This document shows, piece by piece, positions 47,396 to 55,939 of a stretch of 64,000 nucleotides of DNA. The DNA is from Gemmatimonadaceae bacterium. GTDB lineage: Bacteria; Gemmatimonadota; Gemmatimonadetes; Gemmatimonadales; Gemmatimonadaceae. Location: contig JANMON010000117.1 in the NCBI GenBank assembly GCA_031369265.1, positions 5,985-69,984 on the forward strand. Reading direction: 5' to 3'. Both the position numbers and the translations under genes were made by a program. Within the stretch, counting starts at the first letter, position 1. Every line of letters starts with the position of its first letter. Below the pieces are notes generated by a model that saw only the letters and a list, made by a program, of their open reading frames with translations, had not been told where the DNA came from and did no database searches.

Positions 47396-49636
47396 ATGGC
47401 CACCACCACTCCGCCCGACCTCCGCCGCGCCGCTGCAGCCGACGCGCCCCGCGACGAAAACGACTTCACGCCGTACATCACCGCCGATCGCGAGATCACG
47501 GAACTGACCGTGCCGGCGGTGGTGATCGGGGCGCTGCTTGGCCTGCTCTTCGCCGCCAGCAGCGTGTACCTGGCGCTCAAGATCGGCCTCACCGTCAGCG
47601 CGTCGATCCCGATCGCCGTGCTGTCGATCACGATCTTCCGCTCGATCAACAAGGCGCTCGGCGCCACCGGACCGCAGATCCTGCGCAACAACATCGTGCA
47701 GACCACCGGCTCGGCGGGTGAGTCCATCGCCGCCGGCGTGGTGTTCACGCTGCCGGCGCTGCTGTTGCTGGGCTACGAGCTGCCATGGACGCTGGTGGCG
47801 GCGGTGGCACTGATCGGTGGCCTGCTGGGCGTGCTGCTGATGATCCCGTTGCGCGAGTCGTTGATCGTCAAGGAACATCGCACGCTCAAGTACCCTGAGG
47901 GCACCGCCTGCGCCGACGTGCTGATCGTGGGCGAGGAGCGCGGCGTGCAGGCGAAGACGGTATTCATGGGTTTCGGCATCGGCGCGCTGTACAAATTCCT
48001 GAACTCGGGCGCCAGGCTCTGGACCGAAGTGCCGCGGTGGACGTTCGAGAAGGTGATGCCCAACGGTCGCAAGGCGCTGTTCGGCGAGATGCAGGCCGAG
48101 ATCAGCCCGGAGCTGGCGGGCGTCGGCTTCATCATCGGGCCGCGCATCGCCGGCTTCCTGTTCGGCGGCGGCGTGCTGTCGTACTTCGTGCTGATCCCGG
48201 CGATCAAGCTGTTCGGCGATGGGCTGACCGCGCCGATCTTTCCGGCCACCATCCCGATCAGCGAGATGGGCGCGCGCGAGGTGCGTGCGAACTACGTGTT
48301 CTACATGGGTGCCGGTGCCGTGACGGCGGCGGGGCTGATCAGCCTCGGTCGCTCGCTGCCCACCATCTGGGCCGCGCTGCGCGCCGGTGTCGGTGACCTC
48401 TCCGGCTCCAAGGCTGGCACCGCCGTGGCGCGCACCGCGCGCAACCTGCCGATGAGCGTGGTGGTGATCGGCGTGGCCGTGCTGGTGGCAGTGATGGCGT
48501 TCGTGCCACCGGTGGCCATCGGCATCGCGGGCGCGCTGCTGGCGTTGTTCTTCGCCTTCCTGTTCGTGACCGTCGCCAGCCGCGTCACCGGGCAGATCGG
48601 CGCCTCGGCGAGCCCGATCAGCGGCATGACGGTGGCGACGGTATTGCTGACGGCGATGATCTTCCTCGCGGTCGGCTGGACGGGCATCGAGCATCGTGTG
48701 CTGGCGTTGAGCATCGGCGGGGTGGTGTGCATCGCGGCGGCAGTGGCCGGTGCCACGTCGCAGGACCTCAAGACGGGCTACCTGGTGGGCGCCACGCCGG
48801 CGCGACAGCAGATCGGCCTGGTGGTGGGTGTGACCACCTCGGCGCTGATCGTGGGGCTGATCATCAGCTTCCTCAACGATGCCAAGACCACGCTGGTACA
48901 GCGCTCGTACGCCAACGTGCAGATGTCGGAGATTGAGCCGTTGCTGGCGGTGGTGCAGGATGGCCGCATCACGGAGCGCGTCGCCAGCACGGCGCAGACC
49001 GCCGACGTGTACAAGGTGGGACGACTGTACACCGTGCAGGGCGACGTGCCGGTGGGTCGTTACCTGCTCGATCGCAGCACCAACCAGGTGAAGTACCTGA
49101 TCGACCCCGGCATCGGTGGCCGCGAGTCGGTGGACTATCGCGGCAAGTCGGTGGACAAGCTCGACTCGCCGAAGAGCCAGATCATGGCGCTGGTGATCGA
49201 CGGCATCCTGACGCAGAAGCTGCCGTGGGGGCTGATCCTGATCGGTGCCTTCCTCGCGATCGCGATGGAGATCTTCGGCATCAACTCGCTGCCGGTGGCG
49301 GTGGGCGTGTACCTGCCCATCTCCACTTCGGCGACGATGTTCATCGGTGGTGTGCTGCGCTGGATCGTGGATCAGCGCGTGGCGCGCACGCAGGGCGCGG
49401 CGGCGGAGGGTGGTGATTCGGGACCGGGCGTCCTCTTCTCGTCGGGCCTGATCGGCGGTGGCGCGATCACCGGCATTCTTTTGGCCGCGATGACGGTGAA
49501 GGGGTACGACGGCAGCTACAACTTCTCGACCGCACTCGGCGCGCTGGCCGAGAGCCCGACGGTGGCGGTGGCGATCTTCGTCGCCGTGCTGCTGGTGCCG
49601 CTGTACCACTTCGGCACGGCGCGATCGAAGGACTGA
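47396..49636 (+). CDS. OPT-family oligopeptide transporter
   Basis: REITELTVPAVVIGALLG, LKIGLTVSASIPIAVLS, NIVQTTGSAGESIAAGVVFTLPAL, about 16 TM helices. Start at 47363 or 47396. Confidence 0.9.
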   Translation: MATTTPPDLRRAAAADAPRDENDFTPYITADREITELTVPAVVIGALLGLLFAASSVYLALKIGLTVSASIPIAVLSITIFRSINKALGATGPQILRNNIVQTTGSAGESIAAGVVFTLPALLLLGYELPWTLVAAVALIGGLLGVLLMIPLRESLIVKEHRTLKYPEGTACADVLIVGEERGVQAKTVFMGFGIGALYKFLNSGARLWTEVPRWTFEKVMPNGRKALFGEMQAEISPELAGVGFIIGPRIAGFLFGGGVLSYFVLIPAIKLFGDGLTAPIFPATIPISEMGAREVRANYVFYMGAGAVTAAGLISLGRSLPTIWAALRAGVGDLSGSKAGTAVARTARNLPMSVVVIGVAVLVAVMAFVPPVAIGIAGALLALFFAFLFVTVASRVTGQIGASASPISGMTVATVLLTAMIFLAVGWTGIEHRVLALSIGGVVCIAAAVAGATSQDLKTGYLVGATPARQQIGLVVGVTTSALIVGLIISFLNDAKTTLVQRSYANVQMSEIEPLLAVVQDGRITERVASTAQTADVYKVGRLYTVQGDVPVGRYLLDRSTNQVKYLIDPGIGGRESVDYRGKSVDKLDSPKSQIMALVIDGILTQKLPWGLILIGAFLAIAMEIFGINSLPVAVGVYLPISTSATMFIGGVLRWIVDQRVARTQGAAAEGGDSGPGVLFSSGLIGGGAITGILLAAMTVKGYDGSYNFSTALGALAESPTVAVAIFVAVLLVPLYHFGTARSKD

Positions 49637-49694
49637 CACGCACCCGTCGGGGCGGCCGGAGATCCGAAGCGGGGAATGCGTCGTTTTTTGTGCG

Positions 49695-49726
49695 GAGCCG
49701 CAGGGCGGACTTCACCGCACCGGTTC
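49695..49726 (+). promoter_or_regulatory. conserved hairpin/palindrome upstream of fasciclin copy A
   Basis: GAGCCG-caGGGCGGACTTCACCGCAC-CGGTTC. The same element occurs at the identical distance (-60 to -29) upstream of copy B. Confidence 0.45.
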
Positions 49727-49754
49727 CCACTTCGCATTTCACGCAGGATGATCG

Positions 49755-50324
49755 ATGACGCGTATCGTGACCGCAGCAGCGCTGCTGGGCGCCGTACTCC
49801 TGACCCCGGCCGCCGCGCGGGCGCAGGCCATGGGTTCGGGAATGGATTCTGGGAAGGGTTCGGGCATGGCGATGGCCATGAACGACCGCGACATCGTCGA
49901 GACGGCGCAGGCGGCCGGCACGTTCGCCACCCTGTCGAAGGCACTGCGTGAAGCAGGACTGACGGAGACCCTCAAGGGTGCCGGTCCGTTCACCGTCTTC
50001 GCACCGACCGACGCAGCGTTCGCCAAGCTGCCGCCCGCGGAGCTGAAGGCACTGATGCGCGACAAGGCGAAGTTGCGTGCACTGCTCTCGTATCATGTGG
50101 TGCCGGGCACCATGACGGCGATGCAGGTGATGGGCATGCGAGAAGCCACCACGGTGCAGGGTGGCAAGCTCGCGATCGGCATGTCGGGACAGACGATGAT
50201 GCTTAACGGCGCGACCACGGTCACGTCCACCGACATCAAGGCAAGGAACGGCGTGATTCATGTGATCGACACCGTGCTGATGCCCCCGTCGGCAATGGGC
50301 ATGATGGACGGCATGAAGCACTGA
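49755..50324 (+). CDS. fasciclin (FAS1) domain protein with Met-rich N- and C-terminal extensions
   Basis: [34 protein letters not shown]. Mature N-terminus AMGSGMDSGKGSGMAMAM; C-terminus SAMGMMDGMKH. Confidence 0.9.
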   Translation: MTRIVTAAALLGAVLLTPAAARAQAMGSGMDSGKGSGMAMAMNDRDIVETAQAAGTFATLSKALREAGLTETLKGAGPFTVFAPTDAAFAKLPPAELKALMRDKAKLRALLSYHVVPGTMTAMQVMGMREATTVQGGKLAIGMSGQTMMLNGATTVTSTDIKARNGVIHVIDTVLMPPSAMGMMDGMKH

Positions 50325-50415
50325 CGTCACCCGCAAGCCCGACCGTGAAAAAGTTCCCGCGAATCGTCATGCACGTCGCGGGAACCACCGTGCAAGGTCC
50401 GGACTTCAGTCGCCA

Positions 50416-50447
50416 GAACCGACGGGCGGACATCACCGCGCCGGTTC
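50416..50447 (+). promoter_or_regulatory. conserved hairpin/palindrome upstream of fasciclin copy B
   Basis: GAACCG-acGGGCGGACATCACCGCGC-CGGTTC. The core (50424-50447) matches copy A at 22/24 positions; differences fall in the predicted loop or bulge, or are G-U to A-U. Confidence 0.45.
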
Positions 50448-50475
50448 GCGAATCTGAATTCCGGGATGACAGAAC

Positions 50476-50973
50476 ATGAAGCGTTTCATGACCGCAGTCG
50501 CACTTCTTGGCGCCGTGGTGCTGGCCCCGCGCGCCGTGCAGGCACAGGGCATGGCAGCGGGCCCGAAGGACATCGTGGAGACGGCAGTCGCCGCCGGCAC
50601 GTTCAACACGCTGGCTAAGGCGCTCACCGCCGCCGGGCTGATCGAGACGTTGAAGGGCAAGGGTCCGTTCACCGTGTTCGCACCGACCGATGCCGCGTTC
50701 GCGAAGCTGCCGCCGGCCGTGCTGAACGGCCTGCTGGCGGACAAGGCCAAGCTGGCCGCCGTGCTGACGTACCACGTCGTGCCGGGCAAGGTGATGGCCG
50801 CGCAGGTCACCGGCCTGTCGGAAGCCACCAGCGTGCAGGGTGGCAAGATCGGCATCCACGTGATGGGCGGAAAGGTCATGCTGAACAACGCGTCGACCGT
50901 GACGGCCACCGACATCCAGGCCAGCAACGGTGTGATCCACGTGATCGACACCGTGATCCTGCCGCCGAACTGA
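50476..50973 (+). CDS. fasciclin (FAS1) domain protein (tandem paralogue, no Met-rich tails)
   Basis: [36 protein letters not shown]. Confidence 0.9.
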   Translation: MKRFMTAVALLGAVVLAPRAVQAQGMAAGPKDIVETAVAAGTFNTLAKALTAAGLIETLKGKGPFTVFAPTDAAFAKLPPAVLNGLLADKAKLAAVLTYHVVPGKVMAAQVTGLSEATSVQGGKIGIHVMGGKVMLNNASTVTATDIQASNGVIHVIDTVILPPN

Positions 50974-50983
50974 ATGCCCGATC

Positions 50984-51053
50984 GGCGGTGACGCGAGTCA
51001 CCGCCATGCTGCACCACGACGCCCTGTCGGTCCGCGAGGATCGACAGGGCGTC
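50984..51053 (+). terminator. two consecutive hairpins after fasciclin copy B
   Basis: GGCGGTGAC-gcga-GTCACCGCC (50984-51005) and GACGCCCTGTCG-N12-CGACAGGGCGTC (51018-51053). Confidence 0.5.
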
Positions 51054-51177
51054 GCGCGTTCGGGTCGACGCCTGCGTGCTTCTGCGGTGAGGATCGCACA
51101 ACGGCGTCCAGTCCGGTAGCGTATCCGGACGTCGGCGGCACCCTCGCCGGCGAACCAACACACCTGCCCATTCCGCC

Positions 51178-52870
51178 GTGTCCCAGTTCCGCTCCACCGT
51201 CGCCCTGCTGCTGGTCGCCAGCGCCGCACCGCTGTCGTCACAAGCGCCGGCGCGTACCGCGCCACCGCGCGCCGAGATGATCGTCACCAATGCGCGCATC
51301 TACACCGCCGACGACGCGCAGCCGCTGGCCGAAGCGATGGCCATCAGCGGTGGACGCCTGCAGTTCGTGGGCAGCAAGGTGGAGGCGATGGCGCTGCGCG
51401 GCCCGTCCACGACGATGATCGATGCTGGCGGCCGCACGATCATTCCCGGGATGACCGACGCGCATGCACACCTGTACCAGCTGGGTGGCGTGCTGCGTCA
51501 GGTGGACCTGACGGGGACGCGATCGTACGACGAGGTGGTGGCGCGTGTGGTGGCGAAGGCCGCCACGTTGCCGAAAGGCACACCGGTCATCGGTCGCGGC
51601 TGGGACCAGAACGACTGGAGCGACACGCGCCTGCCCACCAACACCGGCTTGAGCGCAGCGACGCCCGACCACCCGGTGGTGCTGACGCGCGTGGATGGGC
51701 ATGCGGTGCTGGCCAATGCGGTGGCCGTGGCGAAGGTCGGCATCACCGCCGAGACCAGGGATCCCGAGGGTGGCCGCATCCTGCGCGATGCGCGCGGCGT
51801 GGCCACTGGGGTGTTCGTGGACAACGCGCAGCGCCTGATGGCCGGCGCCACCACCGGCGGCGTGGCGGCGAACCCGCGCGACCTGCTGCGGAGCGCCGTG
51901 CAGGAGGCCAACCGCTGGGGGTTGACCGGCGTGCGACATGGGCGTGGCACCGGACGTCGTCGGCACCTACGAAGCGGCGGCACAGGCGGGCGAGCTGACG
52001 TTGCGCGCCTACGTGCTGCTCTCGGGTGACAGCGCCAGCGTGGCCTGGGCCTTCAACAAGGGGCCGCGCAGCGCGCTCTTCGACGGCCGGCTCTGGGTGC
52101 GCAGCATCAAGCTTTACGGCGACGGGGCCCTCGGCTCACGCGGCGCGGCGCTGCTCGATCCGTACGCCGACGATGCGCAGAACAACGGCCTGCTGGTGAT
52201 GCAGCCGGCGTACATCACCGGTGTCGCCGAGCGTGCCTTGCGCACCGGCTGGCAGGTGGCCACGCACGCCATCGGTGACCGCGCCAACCGCCTCGCGCTC
52301 GACGCCTACGCCACCGCGCTGAAGGCGGTGCCCACCGCCGACCACCGGTTCCGCATCGAGCACGCGCAGATCATCCACCACGACGACATCGGCCGGTTCG
52401 CCTCGCTGGGCGTGATCCCGAGCATGCAGGCCAGTCACCAGACCAGCGACATGTACTGGGCCGGCAACCGCCTCGGTACCGAGCGGCTGCGCGGCGCCTA
52501 CGCCTGGCGCTCGCTGCTGGCCACCGGCGCGATCGTGCCCAATGGCAGCGACTTCCCGGTGGAGAACGTGAATCCGCTGATCAGCTTCCACGCCGCGATC
52601 GCACGGCAGGATGCCGACAACTTCCCGGTGGAAGGGTGGTATCCGGAGCAGCGGATGACACGCGAGGAGGCGCTGCGCTCGATGACCATCTGGCCCGCCC
52701 GGGCCGCGTTCCAGGAGACGGTCCTCGGCTCGCTGACGGCCGGCAAGTACGCCGACTTCGTGCTGCTCGATCAGGACATCATGCGGATCGCACCGGAACT
52801 GGTGCTGCAGACCCGCGTGCTGCAGACGTGGGTGGGCGGGGCCAAGGTCTACGAGCTGACGGGGCGCTGA
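51178..52870 (+). pseudogene. Amidohydro_3 (YtcJ-like) metal-dependent hydrolase interrupted by a frameshift near 51934
   Basis: ORF 51178..52029 (signal peptide, IIPGMTDAHAHLYQLG) and ORF 51938..52870 (HAIGDRAN, FRIEHAQ, NGSDFPVE, ADFVLLD) are the N- and C-halves of one enzyme in frames differing by +1. The junction reads ..GLTGV|c|DMGVAP. Confidence 0.7.
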
Positions 52871-52933
52871 CGCCGGTCGCGATGGGGGGCCGAGGGGCCT
52901 CGCACTGCGGACTCATCAAATTAGTATGTCCGA

Positions 52934-54001
52934 ATGCTCAACGACTCCTCCATTGCGTTCCTGAAGCAACTGCTCGACACCCCCGGTCCGTCAGGCTTCG
53001 AGTCCGCACCCGCCAAGGTCTGGCGCACGGAGGCTGCGACCTTCGCCTCGGTCCGGTCGGACGTAATCGGCAACTCGATGGCCGAGGTGGCGGGCAGTGG
53101 CGGCCCGACGATCCTGTTGGCTGGTCACATCGACGAAATCGGTGTGATCGTGACCTGGATCGACGAAAACGGCTTCGTGTTCATCGAGGCGATCGGCGGC
53201 TGGGATACGCAGGTGCTGGTGGGCCAGCGCCTCCGCTTCCTCGGCCGACACGGCGAGGTGTATGGCGTGGTGGGCAAGAAGCCGATCCACCTCATGAAGC
53301 CCGAGGAGCGCGAGAAGGTCACCAAGTTCGCGGACCTGTGGGTGGACATCGGGGCGTTGAATCGCGCCGAAGCGGCGGAGCGGCTGTCGGTGGGTGACTG
53401 CGGCGTGCTGGATGCGAAGGTCACCGACATGCCGAACAACCGGATCGTGTCGCGCAGCATCGACGATCGCATCGGGGCATTCATCGTGCTCGAGGCGCTG
53501 CGTCGTTATGCGGCCAAGCCGGGCGCGGCGCGCGTGGTGGCCGTGGCCACCTGCCAGGAGGAGATCGGGTACTCGGGTGGCGGCGCACGTGTCGCCGCGC
53601 AGGCGCTGGGCCCGCAGATGGCGATCGCGGTGGACGTCACCTTCGCCACCGACCATCCTGGCATCGAGAAGAAGGAAGTGGGTGAGCACAAGCTGGGCGG
53701 CGGCCCGGTGCTGACCCGTGGCAGCGTCACCAGCCCGGTGGTGTTTCGGCTGCTGCGCGACACCGCCGAATCGCTGCAGATGCCGTATTCGCTGCACGCG
53801 GCCGGTCGCGCCACCAGCACCGATGCCGACGCGATGCAGCTGGCGCGCGACGGCGTGGCCACCGGCCTGGTATCGATCCCCAATCGCTACATGCACTCGC
53901 CGAACGAGATGGTGAGCCTGGATGACCTCGACCAGGCGGCCACACTGATCGCCGAAGTCTGCCGCCGCGTGGACGCCAGCACGGATTTCACCGACCGGTG
54001 A
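52934..54001 (+). CDS. M42-family metallo-aminopeptidase (FrvX/glutamyl aminopeptidase-like)
   Basis: FLKQLLDTPGPSGFE, LLAGHIDEIGVIV, SRSIDDRIG, VATCQEEIG, IPNRYMHSP. Confidence 0.9.
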   Translation: MLNDSSIAFLKQLLDTPGPSGFESAPAKVWRTEAATFASVRSDVIGNSMAEVAGSGGPTILLAGHIDEIGVIVTWIDENGFVFIEAIGGWDTQVLVGQRLRFLGRHGEVYGVVGKKPIHLMKPEEREKVTKFADLWVDIGALNRAEAAERLSVGDCGVLDAKVTDMPNNRIVSRSIDDRIGAFIVLEALRRYAAKPGAARVVAVATCQEEIGYSGGGARVAAQALGPQMAIAVDVTFATDHPGIEKKEVGEHKLGGGPVLTRGSVTSPVVFRLLRDTAESLQMPYSLHAAGRATSTDADAMQLARDGVATGLVSIPNRYMHSPNEMVSLDDLDQAATLIAEVCRRVDASTDFTDR

Positions 54002-54053
54002 GGCGGGTCCGGTGCGCATGGCGCATCGGGCCGCTCGCCGTGGTGTGACGCAG

Positions 54054-54959
54054 ATGGCGCTGCACTGCTGGTCGTCGCCGCGGTACGCGATCACGCTGCC
54101 GGATGGGCATCGCTTTCCGATGGCCAAGTACGCGCTGCTGCGTGAGGGCGCGTTGGCCGGGCGTCTGGTGGATCCGGCGCACCTGCACGAGCCACCGCGG
54201 GTGTCGCACGACGATCTCTGGCGGGTGCACGACCGCGCGTACGTGGATGGTGTGGAGCACGGCACGCTCGACCCGGCGCACCAGCGGCGCATCGGGTTGC
54301 CGTGGAGCGAGGCGTTCGTGGAGCGCGCCTTCCGCGTGGTGCGCGGCACGATCGAGGCCAGTGCGCATGCGGTGACGCACGGCATCGCGATGAACCTCGC
54401 CGGCGGCACCCATCACGCCTTTGCCGACCACGGGGAAGGGTTCTGCGTCTTCAACGACGTCGCGATCGCGATCCGGCGCCTGCAGTTCACCGGCGCGATT
54501 CGCCGTGCGTGCATCGTGGACCTCGACGTGCACCAGGGCAACGGCACCAACGCGATTTTCGCCGGTGACCACAGCGTGTACACCTTCGACATGCACGGCG
54601 CGAAGAACTTCCCGTTCCACAAGGTGCCGGCCAGTCGCGACGAGGAGTTGGACGACGGCACCGACGACGCGCACTACCTCGCACGGCTGTCGCAGGCACT
54701 GCCCGAAGTGCTGCGTGATGCACGCCCCGACCTGGTGGTCTATCTCGCCGGTGCCGACCCGCACGAAGGCGACCGGCTCGGCCGCCTCAAGCTGACCTTC
54801 GCCGGCCTCGCCCAGCGCGACGAGCTGGTGCTGCGCACCTGTCGCGAGATCGGCCTGCCCGTCTGCGTGACGATCGCCGGTGGCTACGGCCGCGACATCA
54901 CCGACACGGTGCGCGTGCACCTGCAGACCGTGGGCATCACGGCGAGACACGCCAGCTGA
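54054..54959 (+). CDS. histone-deacetylase-family (class II/AcuC-like) deacetylase
   Basis: ORF 54012..54959. GGTHHAFADHGEGFCVFNDVAIAI, VDLDVHQGNGT, AGADPHEGD, GGY. Confidence 0.9.
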   Translation: MALHCWSSPRYAITLPDGHRFPMAKYALLREGALAGRLVDPAHLHEPPRVSHDDLWRVHDRAYVDGVEHGTLDPAHQRRIGLPWSEAFVERAFRVVRGTIEASAHAVTHGIAMNLAGGTHHAFADHGEGFCVFNDVAIAIRRLQFTGAIRRACIVDLDVHQGNGTNAIFAGDHSVYTFDMHGAKNFPFHKVPASRDEELDDGTDDAHYLARLSQALPEVLRDARPDLVVYLAGADPHEGDRLGRLKLTFAGLAQRDELVLRTCREIGLPVCVTIAGGYGRDITDTVRVHLQTVGITARHAS

Positions 54960-55045
54960 CGTCTTCGCACGTTCGCTGCGAACGGCGACAGTTGCTGAAT
55001 GCCGACCGCCGGAATCAACGCTTCAGTACGACGTAGATTGCACGC

Positions 55046-55939
55046 ATGCCGATCCCGATCCCTGCGCCGCGCCTGAGCGGCATGACCACCACCACCGGTG
55101 TGCCGCTGTACTGGTGTCGCTACGGACGCGAGGGTGCGCCGCCGATGATGGTGCTGCATGGCGGACCGGGGGCGCATCACGACTACCTGCTGCCGCAACT
55201 GCTGTCGCTGGCGACGCTCGGCACAGGGTTCGACCTCGTGTTCTACGACCAGCGCGGCGGCGGGCGCTCGAAGAGCGATGATCCGACGCCCGTCACGGTG
55301 GACGTGCACGTCGCCGACTTCGCTGCGGTGAGTGCGGAGCTGGGCGTGAGTGGCGCTCCGCTGACGGGCTATTCATGGGGGGCGCTGCTGGCGCTGCACG
55401 TCGCCATTGCGGCGCGCGCCGGACATCACGGCCTGACCCTGCCGCCGTGGCTGATGCTGATCGCACCCGCGCCATTCCTGCCGGCCGATCGAGCGACGTT
55501 CGAGGCCGAACTGACCCGCCGACAGCTCTCGCCCGAGGTGGCTGGCCTCCGCAGCGCGCTGCAGGCCTCCGGTTTGCGCGAGCGCGATCTGGACGCATAT
55601 CGGCAGCGCGCCTTCGAACTCAGTGTGGCGGGCTATTTCGCGCATCCGGAACGGTCGTCCAACCTGACGCCCTTCCGCGTCACCGGACGCGTGCAGCAGT
55701 CCACCTGGGCCAGCGTGGAGGGGGCGGCGGTGATGGCGGCGCTGCCCGGCATCGGTCTGCCCGCGCTGGTGGTGCATGGCGACCGCGATCCGATCCCGAT
55801 CGCCAGTGCCCGCACCACCGCGACCGCCCTGGGCGCCACCTACGTCGAGCTCGCCGATTGTGGGCACGTCCCCTACGTGGAACAGCCCGACGCCCTGCAG
55901 CGCGCCCTCAGCGATTTCGTCGCCACACAGCCCGCATGA
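55046..55939 (+). CDS. alpha/beta hydrolase, S33 prolyl-aminopeptidase-like
   Basis: MVLHGGPGAHHDY, GYSWGA (GxSxG nucleophile), C-terminal GHVPYVEQP. The stop overlaps the polX start (ATGA). Confidence 0.85.
   Translation: MPIPIPAPRLSGMTTTTGVPLYWCRYGREGAPPMMVLHGGPGAHHDYLLPQLLSLATLGTGFDLVFYDQRGGGRSKSDDPTPVTVDVHVADFAAVSAELGVSGAPLTGYSWGALLALHVAIAARAGHHGLTLPPWLMLIAPAPFLPADRATFEAELTRRQLSPEVAGLRSALQASGLRERDLDAYRQRAFELSVAGYFAHPERSSNLTPFRVTGRVQQSTWASVEGAAVMAALPGIGLPALVVHGDRDPIPIASARTTATALGATYVELADCGHVPYVEQPDALQRALSDFVATQPA

Noticed and set aside
49703-49726. Reading the conserved fasciclin upstream block as an ECF-type promoter (GGAC..N..GTT)
   Set aside because: The spacing between the GGAC-like and GTT-like parts is about 11 nt, far from the 16-18 nt of ECF promoters. 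A hairpin or palindrome interpretation fits the substitution pattern better.
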